Virus record (IMG/VR): IMGVR_UViG_3300037493_001906
Coordinates: 1-64,000 of that record
Length of the DNA stretch: 64,000 nt
Source of the DNA: a virus
Strand: one strand, 5' to 3'
Of the stretch, positions 44,564-54,600 are shown piece by piece (position 1 is the stretch's first letter; the number at the start of each line of letters is the position of its first letter). The notes under the pieces are model-generated. The model saw only the letters and a list, made by a program, of their open reading frames with translations, did not search any database and was not told where the DNA came from. Made by a program: the position numbers and the translations under genes.

Positions 44564-47227
44564 TTAGTCTAAGTATTCTATTTGTCCTCCGTTAGCAAGT
44601 ATATTTTGTATTTCATCTTCTGATAATTCATATACATCATCTTGATCAACATCACCACCTTCAGCATATTGACCACCATACCTTGATACATATGAAGGTG
44701 TTATACCTGCCATTGTTCCTGTTGTATATGCATCAGGTGTAAGTGTTCCTGTACCCATGCCAGTAAATACATAATCACCTCTATCAGGTTGTTGCCAAGC
44801 AAGAAACTGATTATCTGCTAAAGTATTCTTTTTTATTTTTTGTTGTATATCATAATTTTCATTAGCATTTGCAAAACCTGTTAATGCATTAGTACCTGCC
44901 ATAATCCAGTTTGCTAATGGTTCACCTGTAATACCTAATTTCTTTTTACCTTTAAGGCTCCAGTCAAAATATTTAGAATCAGGAGATTTACCACTCAATG
45001 GTTCAGGATTGGTTTTAAATTGATCTCCTGTTAGTTGTCCTTGAGGAGCACCAAATGTACCAACTGCAGTAGGAGTTGGTTGATTACCACCCCATGCGTC
45101 TGCATAACCATATCCACTAATAGTATTAGGTCCATTAATAGTATTAGTATTAGTATTTGCTGGAGCTTTATAATGTGGTACTGCATTTTTTTTCCAGGTT
45201 TCAGCAGGAGATTCTGACCAATTTGCATATGGAGCACCTTCACTTTGTGTTGCATATGGTGCACCAACTTGACTATTATACATTTGTGCTTTAGGAAGAC
45301 CACCTAATTTTTTAGTTTGTAAATATGGTGGGACAAGTGTATTATAAACAGGCATACCTGCTGTTCCTGTTGGTTTAGCAATACCTGCTGGTATATTATA
45401 TGGAGTAGGATGTGCTGAAGGAATTGGAGCTGCTTGAGCTGGTTGAGTTTGATCACTCATTTTTGTTCCTTCAAATTCAATTGGATCTAAATGAGATCTA
45501 AACTTGTAAGTTACACTTTTAGGGCCTTTATTAAACAATCTGCCAAGACCAGTACTCATCTTTTCTTCTCTTGATAAGAGATGTGTATCTGATGGATTAT
45601 ACTTAGAAAGTAATTCACTCCAGTTAGCAGAAGTGCCTGTATTACCTCTTGCCTTCCATTTAATATAAGGAGAATAGTTTGTAGGAAAATATCTTAATCC
45701 TTGAGAATCATATTCTCCTTGATTAGAAGTATATTGATTATATCCTTGTTGTTGACCTTGTTGTTGATCTTGAGGTATATCTAATGTTTTCCACTCACCT
45801 GTACGTGGATCATAGAAAGTAGATTTATTTTTTTGACCATAATTAGCTTGAGCAGCTTTAGTTGCTTTATCAATATAATCTTGATATTGTTTATCATAAT
45901 CATTTTTATATTGTAATGAATAAGGACCTTTTTGACCAGTAATTAATCCTACTTGTGCATGTGGAATAAAGTTATTATAAATATCTTGAGTTGTACTACC
46001 AAAATCTTTCCAAGCATTTTTTCTTTGATCATCATATCCTTGAGCTTGATTTATTAAAGCTAATTGATTTTGTGCAGTTGCAGGATTATAATCATTGTAT
46101 GGATTCTGAGTATTATCACTTCCTACTGAAGTACCATATTGAGCATAAGCAGTTTGTTGTTCTTCTTGTTCAGTTTGATAAGTAGGATTATTAAAATATT
46201 CTGGTATTACTGATTGTATATGTTGTTGAGCTTCTTGTTGTGCTTCTTTTTGTAAATTAACTAAAGCATTATTTTGAAGATTAGATACAAAAGCATTACG
46301 GTATTGTTCAAGATAATCATCTTGACTATCTCCATCTGCTGAACCACCCTTTTGTTTTCTAGATAATTTCTTTACACCACCTTGTTTAAGATAAGTATTA
46401 CCCATTCCTACATTACCACCATATTGATTAGCTGATCCATCTGAGCTACCACCATCTTGCATATAACCACCACAGTTCATACAAGGCATGTCATTAGCTC
46501 CATCTGGTAATCCTCCACCTACATTATAACTAGGAACATATGGAGTGTGAGCATGTATCCAAGCATCTACTGGTTGCTGAGGAAAAGCAATCTCATCAGT
46601 TAATCCACCTTCTTCATAAAATCCAAAAGGAGTATTAGGTTTCCACCCACTATTATAAAAATGATTAGCAGTAGGCTGTTGAGGAAAAGCTACTTCATCT
46701 GTGTATCCACCATAAGCCATTTGAGGACCTTCCATTTGTTCTTCTTCAGGACCTTGTTGTTGCATAGGTTCTTGAGCTTCTTGCTCTGGAGATTCTTGTG
46801 GTTCACCTTGTGCTTGTTGAGGAGAAGGATGTTGTTGTAGATACTGTATTGTAGTTTGTAATATCTTAGTAGCTTGATCTTGAGGTACACCCATCTTTAC
46901 AAGTTCTTGTAGTATTTGTTGAGGCTGGGCACCTTGTTGAAGTTGTTGAGCAATTTTAGCCATCAACTGTTGCATTTGTGCATCTTGTTGATTTCCTCCA
47001 TCTTGATAAAAACCAAAGGGAACATTGGGTCTAAAACCTTCTGAGTAAAATTTATTGGCTGTCGGTTGTTGTGGAAAACCTACTTCATTAGTAAGTCCAC
47101 CCATTGCCATTTGTTTACCATATTTTGCCATAAAGACTTGTTCATCAGGATATTGACTATAAAAAGATTTTCTACCTTGTGGGGTATCAGGAAATCCTGC
47201 TGCCTTTAACATTTGTGCTGCTGTCAT
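44564..47227 (-). CDS. Low-complexity Gln/Gly/Pro-rich virion protein (887 aa) with GG-bounded repeats
   Basis: At least 12 xxGG motifs; three FPQQP repeats; C-terminal ELSEDEIQNILANGGQIEYLD. Confidence 0.75.
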   Translation of the reverse strand: MTAAQMLKAAGFPDTPQGRKSFYSQYPDEQVFMAKYGKQMAMGGLTNEVGFPQQPTANKFYSEGFRPNVPFGFYQDGGNQQDAQMQQLMAKIAQQLQQGAQPQQILQELVKMGVPQDQATKILQTTIQYLQQHPSPQQAQGEPQESPEQEAQEPMQQQGPEEEQMEGPQMAYGGYTDEVAFPQQPTANHFYNSGWKPNTPFGFYEEGGLTDEIAFPQQPVDAWIHAHTPYVPSYNVGGGLPDGANDMPCMNCGGYMQDGGSSDGSANQYGGNVGMGNTYLKQGGVKKLSRKQKGGSADGDSQDDYLEQYRNAFVSNLQNNALVNLQKEAQQEAQQHIQSVIPEYFNNPTYQTEQEEQQTAYAQYGTSVGSDNTQNPYNDYNPATAQNQLALINQAQGYDDQRKNAWKDFGSTTQDIYNNFIPHAQVGLITGQKGPYSLQYKNDYDKQYQDYIDKATKAAQANYGQKNKSTFYDPRTGEWKTLDIPQDQQQGQQQGYNQYTSNQGEYDSQGLRYFPTNYSPYIKWKARGNTGTSANWSELLSKYNPSDTHLLSREEKMSTGLGRLFNKGPKSVTYKFRSHLDPIEFEGTKMSDQTQPAQAAPIPSAHPTPYNIPAGIAKPTGTAGMPVYNTLVPPYLQTKKLGGLPKAQMYNSQVGAPYATQSEGAPYANWSESPAETWKKNAVPHYKAPANTNTNTINGPNTISGYGYADAWGGNQPTPTAVGTFGAPQGQLTGDQFKTNPEPLSGKSPDSKYFDWSLKGKKKLGITGEPLANWIMAGTNALTGFANANENYDIQQKIKKNTLADNQFLAWQQPDRGDYVFTGMGTGTLTPDAYTTGTMAGITPSYVSRYGGQYAEGGDVDQDDVYELSEDEIQNILANGGQIEYLD
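46514..47101 (-). repeat. Three intragenic repeats of about 32-36 codons: 46994-47101, 46604-46711, 46514-46609
   Basis: GGLTNEVGFPQQPTANKFYSEGFRPNVPFGFYQDGG / GGYTDEVAFPQQPTANHFYNSGWKPNTPFGFYEEGG / GGLTDEIAFPQQPVDAWIHAHTPYVPSYNVGG. Confidence 0.9.
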
Positions 47228-47279
47228 GTGATATATTTTATGCTACTAATTTACAAATTTATTTTTAAACATTATAAGT

Positions 47280-50200
47280 TTATTCATATTTACTAAGCCA
47301 TCCTATAGATCCACCTAATTTTTTAGTAGGTATGGCTAAACCTGCACCTGTTTTTTTATTAGTGTTAAAATCATACCAGGTCTTATTATTAAGCTTTCCA
47401 TTTTTACTTCCTGGTTTAGCAGAATAACTACCTAAATCATGATAAGTAATAATTAAATCATCAGGTTTTATTTTATAGTCTTTTATAATTTGTTCTGCTT
47501 GACTTTTAATTTGAGTTAAACTTCCTGCAAAATCAATTGCAAGATTTTTACCATCTATTAAATAAGTAACAGATCCTCCTCCAAATTTACCATAAGCATC
47601 TTTACCTAAACCTTTAGCAAATATAAAAAATGTATTCTGTTTATCTTTTGTTTGTAAAGTAGAAATGGAACTATTAAATCCTACAGGTTGAGCAGCACTA
47701 TTCCAATCAATATCAGTAAATCTATATTGTCGTAATTCATCAGCAATTTTATCTCCCTTGGTTATTTCACTTTCTTTTTTATATTTTATATTTACTTTAC
47801 CATCTGGTTTTTTTGTATATGTAGTATAATAAGGATCTTTAACAGTACTACCAGGATTGTTTGCTTTATGATTTTTTAAAGAAGAAGGAATAACACTTCC
47901 ATCTTTATTATATTTAATATTTTTATGCATAACAAATGTTGCACTATTTTTTTCATCTTCTAGTGCTTTATCTTTTGTTATATCATAATCATATAAAAAG
48001 TGTGCAATTCCAGCAACATTGTTATATTCAGATTCACTATCTAATCTTGCTGTAGGAATATAATCAAAACCTTTATCATTATCAAATACATTTATATATG
48101 AAATATATCCTTCCTTGGTTCTACTTAATTCTTTATATTGTGGAGTAACATTAATTTTATTATTTTTTGATTGTGTTGTATTTTGTGCAGTATTTTGTAC
48201 TGTTGTTACAACTTTATTTTGTACCTTCTCTGTTGCTTTATCTTTAGAAGCATCACCTGCTCCATACTTAATCCAAGCTCTATCTATAATTGCAGGAATA
48301 GATTCAATATTTTTATTTACTGTATTTAATATTTCACCTGATTCTTTTTGAGCATATTCTAATCCAGAAATAATATTGTCTAATATTGATGGTTCTGAAA
48401 CATTAATTGTTGAAGTAACCTTTTTAGGTGTAGTTTTAACAGTAGATTGAGGTTGAGATTTTACTGGTGTAGGAGCTGGTGTATTAGTTTTTGGAACAAC
48501 AACTTTTGTTTGTGTTACAGGTTTAACTACAGGCTTAGTTGATACAGGTGGTGTAGTAGGTTTTACTACAGGTTTAACAGTAGGCTTAACTACTGGTTGG
48601 GTTGGTGCAGTTACTCTTACTACTGGCTTTTCTGCAGGCTGTTCTACAACAACAGTTTTTTTCCTTAATATTGGAGCTTTCTTTCTTACTAAAGGTGTAG
48701 GTTCTATTACATCTTCTTTAATAGGTCTTGCTTCTATTCTTGGAATCAAAGTCATATCAGGATCTCTTACTACAACTGGCTCTGGTGTTTTAGCAGAATT
48801 TTTATAAGCCCATGATGTATCTAAATCTGGTGTTCTTTGATCTGAAGGTCTTCCTGCTGCTATTGGATTTTTAGAACTACCATATACAGTAGGATCAAGA
48901 TATACTTTACCATCTTGACCCATATAAGAACCTCCACCTTGATAAGTATCTAACCAACCACCTAATTTTTTGTCAGGAACAAGATAGTCAGGACCTATTT
49001 CTTCACTTCTTAAATACTCTCTTCCTTCTGGAGATTCTGCTGCTCTTGCTTCTCCTTCTGCTGTCCAAAAAGAACCATACATATCAGGATTAACTTGATA
49101 ATTATATACAGCTTCTGGATCTGCAAATTGAAAAGATGGATTGTCCATTAAAAATTGATTAGTTAATTCTTCTTGATCTACCATCCTTCTATTAAAATAA
49201 GGATAGTCAGCATCTACTTCAGTTATAGCAGGAGCTTTTCTAGCTAAACCATAAGGATCATATTCTGGTATTCTTAATCTACCTGCTAGAGCTTGTTGTC
49301 TATGATATAACTCATGTATCATATCTTTGTCACCTCTGTCTTTACTTAAGTATATAGTATCAGATTGAGGTTCATATGATGCATTACCTTCTTGGTCTCT
49401 TATTATAAAAGGACCACCACCTTGATAAATAGGACCATCTGTTTTACCACCTGGTCCAAATTTATCTATTGTACCACCATAAGCTTTTTTATTTTTAGAT
49501 TGATAATCTAGTAAGGCAGCTTTAGTTTCATTTCCATATATACCATCATATGTACCATATTTATTAGTAGATTTAGGTAATTTATATCCTCTATTACTTA
49601 ATTCTTTTTGTAATGCTTGTGTATCAAAATCTTTTTTATTAGAATCTAAAGCAGATAATTCTTTGTTTGTATAATAAACTTTATTATAGTTTGCTTTTCT
49701 TCCCAAAGAAAAAATTTCATCCTGTATTGAAGATATATCTTCATAGTTTTTTTGTGATAAGGTATTAAGTTTTTCCCAGGACATACCATTTGGTGTAGTA
49801 GTATTGTCTAAATGCTTATAATATTCTTTTTGTATTTTATTTAATTTATCAAGTTTTATTTTATTTTTTTCTAATTGATTTTTTATTTCTATATTATCAT
49901 TATAATATATTCTATCATAGACCTCATAAGGTTTTCCTATCCCCATAGAAATATCTTCTGTCTTAAAATTAAAGTTTGAATATCTTCCTTTATATGGATT
50001 TAAATCATAAGTGTCATAATAAGAAAAATATTTTCCTCGTTTATCTTCTCCTCTATTTACTGTAAATTGACCAAGAATACCTGAATCATCAGTCATTTGA
50101 AAACTACCTTTATGTTTAGATGCTTCTTTTAATAAGTTTTCAGTAAAAAAGTCATCTTGAATATTATAATATATTGGGGTATTATTAGTTTTTGTAATTG

Positions 50201-51680
50201 TTGGTTTATACTTAGATACTCCAAAAGTATTACCTTTTTGGGGTTTTCCTAAATATAAATTCAAAGCATCATCACCAGAAGGATCATAATATTTTAAACC
50301 ATTATCTTGCAAACCTTTTTCAGAATTATTATTAACAACAGCATTTAAAACTCTTTTTACAGGCTCTAAAATATTTCCATCTCCTGTTATATACTCATTC
50401 TTTATATTTTTAGAAATCCTATCTCTTACAAAATTATTTGGTAATAGTTGTTGATTAGTAATTCCTGTTTCTTTTAATTGTTGTGCAGGAGTACCAGCAT
50501 AATTAGTATTAAATCTTTGATTATTATACATAAACTCTTTTTCTCCTGCTTTTCTTGCAGCACTAAAAGCTTGCCCTTTTGTTTTATATTTAGAATAATC
50601 TTCTACTCCCCAGTTATAAGGATTTATCCAACTAGGTATAAATTCACCTAACTGAGCTTTAGGTAGAGAAATGTCACCACCATAAGCTTTATTAGAAGTA
50701 TCATAAATAAGTTCACCAATTTCTGTAGCAAGAACTCCTCTATTTGCATTTAAAGCTTTTTTTACAACAGGATTAGTTATAAACTTTGATAGTCCAAATC
50801 TTTGTGCGGTAAGAGGAAAATAAAATCCAGATTTAGATACTGCAGGACTACCAATGTTTGCTAGTGTTTGTGCAAATGTATTTGGTGTTACATTAGCAAT
50901 TGCTCTTTTATAACCTTGACTAGCTAAAGCACTTCCCAAACCAACACCAGTTAGATTGCCAACCATACTATTATAATCTTTGTCTTTATAGTTATAGTAT
51001 GCTTGATCTGCATCAACAGCAGCACCTAATGTATTTCCTAACCAACCAATTCCTTGAGCAATTGGATGTGGTATAAATTGACCAAGTTGCATTATATCTG
51101 TAGCAATATCTAATGGATATAATATATTTTTTTGTATATTTTTTGTATAAATTTCAGATTTTGCATCTTGATTTATTAAATCTTGTAATTCTTTAGTTCT
51201 ATTGTAGGGGCCAACAAAAGTTTGATTATTATGCAGACGTATATCTTTATCTCTTTGTTCTATTTGACGTACTTTATTTTCTATATTAGTATTTGTTTTA
51301 TCTTTTTTAATTATATATCCTGGTTGAGCTTTAGGTAAATTATCTAGCCATCCTCCATTTTTAGCAACAGGTGTTTCTTTAACATAGGGAGTGCCCATAT
51401 TATGCATACCTGAATAAGGAGGAAGATATTGCCCATTAGCCATTAATGGTATCCCAGTCTGAGACATATCTATCATACCTGTTGGAGTATGAATGTCAAT
51501 AGAAGATCTATCTCTGTATGGTGAGTCATCTCTATAACCCATCATACTAAGTTCATCATCAAAAGCATTTAACCAATCTTCAGTAGAAGAGTGACCAATG
51601 ACTTTCTTTTTATCTTTAGGTATACTCTTATTAGATTTTGCATTCCTAAAATCTTCTGAAAATTGATTTTTATTTCCCAT
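47280..51680 (-). CDS. Mosaic virion protein (1466 aa) with a peptidoglycan-binding module, a zincin-like motif and a P/V/T/K linker
   Basis: PG_binding_1-like TQALQKELSNRGY...DGIYGNETKAALLDYQ (49501-49625); HELYH (49302-49316); modules separated by KxxGG motifs. Confidence 0.7.
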   Translation of the reverse strand: MGNKNQFSEDFRNAKSNKSIPKDKKKVIGHSSTEDWLNAFDDELSMMGYRDDSPYRDRSSIDIHTPTGMIDMSQTGIPLMANGQYLPPYSGMHNMGTPYVKETPVAKNGGWLDNLPKAQPGYIIKKDKTNTNIENKVRQIEQRDKDIRLHNNQTFVGPYNRTKELQDLINQDAKSEIYTKNIQKNILYPLDIATDIMQLGQFIPHPIAQGIGWLGNTLGAAVDADQAYYNYKDKDYNSMVGNLTGVGLGSALASQGYKRAIANVTPNTFAQTLANIGSPAVSKSGFYFPLTAQRFGLSKFITNPVVKKALNANRGVLATEIGELIYDTSNKAYGGDISLPKAQLGEFIPSWINPYNWGVEDYSKYKTKGQAFSAARKAGEKEFMYNNQRFNTNYAGTPAQQLKETGITNQQLLPNNFVRDRISKNIKNEYITGDGNILEPVKRVLNAVVNNNSEKGLQDNGLKYYDPSGDDALNLYLGKPQKGNTFGVSKYKPTITKTNNTPIYYNIQDDFFTENLLKEASKHKGSFQMTDDSGILGQFTVNRGEDKRGKYFSYYDTYDLNPYKGRYSNFNFKTEDISMGIGKPYEVYDRIYYNDNIEIKNQLEKNKIKLDKLNKIQKEYYKHLDNTTTPNGMSWEKLNTLSQKNYEDISSIQDEIFSLGRKANYNKVYYTNKELSALDSNKKDFDTQALQKELSNRGYKLPKSTNKYGTYDGIYGNETKAALLDYQSKNKKAYGGTIDKFGPGGKTDGPIYQGGGPFIIRDQEGNASYEPQSDTIYLSKDRGDKDMIHELYHRQQALAGRLRIPEYDPYGLARKAPAITEVDADYPYFNRRMVDQEELTNQFLMDNPSFQFADPEAVYNYQVNPDMYGSFWTAEGEARAAESPEGREYLRSEEIGPDYLVPDKKLGGWLDTYQGGGSYMGQDGKVYLDPTVYGSSKNPIAAGRPSDQRTPDLDTSWAYKNSAKTPEPVVVRDPDMTLIPRIEARPIKEDVIEPTPLVRKKAPILRKKTVVVEQPAEKPVVRVTAPTQPVVKPTVKPVVKPTTPPVSTKPVVKPVTQTKVVVPKTNTPAPTPVKSQPQSTVKTTPKKVTSTINVSEPSILDNIISGLEYAQKESGEILNTVNKNIESIPAIIDRAWIKYGAGDASKDKATEKVQNKVVTTVQNTAQNTTQSKNNKINVTPQYKELSRTKEGYISYINVFDNDKGFDYIPTARLDSESEYNNVAGIAHFLYDYDITKDKALEDEKNSATFVMHKNIKYNKDGSVIPSSLKNHKANNPGSTVKDPYYTTYTKKPDGKVNIKYKKESEITKGDKIADELRQYRFTDIDWNSAAQPVGFNSSISTLQTKDKQNTFFIFAKGLGKDAYGKFGGGSVTYLIDGKNLAIDFAGSLTQIKSQAEQIIKDYKIKPDDLIITYHDLGSYSAKPGSKNGKLNNKTWYDFNTNKKTGAGLAIPTKKLGGSIGWLSKYE

Positions 51681-51681
51681 A

Positions 51682-54600
51682 TTATCTTGGCGAGTAAAGT
51701 TCTTTATTATTTGTTAGAATCACAAGCATTTTGTAAGGATTACCATTTGGATACTTTGTATTATCATTAACAGGATCTTTTCTTAACCAAACTGTATTAG
51801 TATAATGTCTGAATTTTTTTCTTTCAAAAAAGTCTTTAGCATAATTAAGATTAACTGTATTTAAAGTTCTAGCATAACCATTAGCCCCAGTATTCCAAAT
51901 CATTCTCTCTGCAAAACCAGGAATATTAGGATTAAAATATTCACCTCTGTCATCAGTAATATCCCAGAACTGATTAAACCTATACTTGTTTTCTTCTTTA
52001 GAATAGAGTATATCTATTACATTAGAACCAATAATTGGATAGGTAGTAATAAGTTGAGGATCTTTTTTAATTGCTGTAGAAAGATTTAATCTTAAGTATC
52101 CTGAAACCTGTTCAGTATTGTAAATAACAGCCTTGTCAAAATTATAATCAAGCACATGGAATCTATCAAACCCATTAGTATCATACTTGTAACATTCAAG
52201 TTGATACTCAATGCTTCTTAGAGTATTAACAGTTTGTACAGTATTAACCATATACTCTACTTCAAATGGATAGTTAATACCATAATAATTACAATAGCTT
52301 TGATAAGCTAAATTGTGTATCCATATTCCATTGTTATGAGTAGTCAAAAATGTATTCTTACCAGGGATAACCAAGTCAGGATGCCAATCATGATAACTTA
52401 TCCAAGAACCAATTTTAGGATCATAACTAATAGTCCAAGAAGCATCTTCAAAATAAAGTTGCCATACAGGAATTGGAGGTTGTCCTTGTATTGGATTTGG
52501 AACTAATTGAGTATCATCTCCAAGTTTAATAGCAAACATATAAGCATTATTCATATATATATTAAAGGTATTGTCTTTTAATATATCATCATATTGAACA
52601 GTTATAGATGCAGGTAAATCTGTTCTTAAGCTATAATCTTTCTTGGTAAAGTAAAGTAGACCATTTTGATTATCATAGATACTTTGTGTTCCTACACCAA
52701 TAACAGGATTGTTAGTTAATGCAAAATTTGGAAATTGTTGAACAAGTTTAAAGGGGAGGTAGAGAACTAACCACCACTTGATGTCATTCATTGAAAGCTC
52801 ATTAAGCGAGTTAGTATAGGAAAATATTTTCCCTTGGTTTTGGCTAATCCAATAAATACCCATTGGAGTATTAATTACACTTAATCTGTCTTGACAAGAA
52901 GCAAACTCATATGGCCTATCTGCATTAGTTATACTTTGTAAAGGTTGACTAAATAATCCACCATCACCAATAACAAGTTTAGTACCTAATCCAGTTTCTA
53001 AAGTATCTGTACCTTGGAACATAACAGGACTTTGAGATTCAAAGAATATCATAGCCCCACTTTTATTAATAGGTTTTATACAAGTTAATGTTGATTCAAA
53101 GTCTTTATAATTATTAATTAAGAATATACTCCAGTTATCTCTAAGACTTTCATACTGATTTGGTAAAGAATAAATAACTCTATTCTTACTATACACATAA
53201 CAGTCTTCTGCTAATACAGGATTATAATTATATCTTTGGGTTGCTGCCCAAGAAACATAATTTAAAAATAACTTAGAATAACTTAGACTTTGATCATACT
53301 TATAATAATTAGTAGCTTTTATAATACCTGTATTAAATAAGATATTTGTATCATCATAATAACCTGGGTCATAAAATCTTTCAGTATCTAATTCTCCCCA
53401 ATCTCTTTGAGCAAGATTGATTTCAGTTTCTACATAAAAATCTTTTACTCCAGAATTAAATAAGTAGAACCATGCATATTCCATAGAAAAGGAAAGTGAT
53501 GTAAAATTAGGTAGTACAACCCATGTTCCTGGCGTATTACTTACATCATCTAAACTATAATAACTACTAGGAGTAACAATAGCATTAGGATTAAATGTAT
53601 TAAAAAAAGTACCCATTGATGAGGTAAAATCTCCAGTTTGAAATTGATTAAAGTTTGCCCAATATCTTGGATAAGGAATCATTTCATTTTTAGTATAATC
53701 AAATTGTGTTCCATCAGGTTCACCATACATCCAATTATAAAAATAGAAGAATGTGTTTTTTTCAGTATACCTTCCTACATAAGTATCTCCACCAAATAAA
53801 GTTCCTGTAGTTGAATTAAGATTTAATACACCTGTTCTTGGATTAGGAATATATAAAGGTGTAGTACATGTTGAAACAGGAATAAGAGATATACTATTAA
53901 TTTGACCATATTGATTTATTAACCTTTGTTTTAATGAAGCATAGTGAGAAGATGCTGTTTGAGGTCTTGTTCCTTTTGGATATGTAGCTAATCTAAAGTT
54001 TACATCTGAACTATAATCTGCAGGATTCTGAGAAGAAAAAGATTGTTTAGATGGATTTTTTACCTGAAGGTTATTAAAGATTGAAGGCTCTGCTAAAGCC
54101 ACAACATCTGTAACTCTTATTCTACTAAAATCACCTGTATCAGGATTTTTTAATGTATTGCCAGTTTGAATAGCTACATAATTAGACCTATATAAATTAT
54201 TAATTCTGTAAGTAGAATTAAATGTTGCAATTTGAGGACCAATATATTGTGCATGATTAATAACCCTTCTTCTATCACCAGTTGTAGGTATTGCATAATC
54301 TGTATATAAACAATGTGAATGATACCTTAATGCATAATCTTTATAACTAATAACAGCTTTAAAAAAGTTTAATGCAGTGTCTGTACCTTGAGTAAAGTAA
54401 TTAAAAAATAAAGGAATATTAGCCGTTAAAGCACTCACACTTGCCATGGGCATGTTTTGATATGCCCCATCTGCTTGTTCAATGTTTACTGAACCAGTGT
54501 TTAATCCATTATGTGTTGCTGTTTCTACATTATAGGCTTTATTTAAACCATTATATATAAAAGTATCATCAGATTTTCCTAATAAATTATTTGACCATGA

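Noticed and set aside
288-46890. Many short ORFs in the supplied track lying antisense or out of frame within long genes (e.g. 288..578, 5566..5889, 7828..8037, 11696..11881, 14131..14343, 16907..17116, 20056..20313, 22085..23939, 27436..27636, 29421..30008, 33672..35767, 43340..46890)
   Set aside because: They are shadow frames of long, motif-bearing genes, with Phe/Leu/Ile/Ser-biased composition and no motifs of their own. The same applies to 48115..48351, 52315..52506 and 58673..58855.
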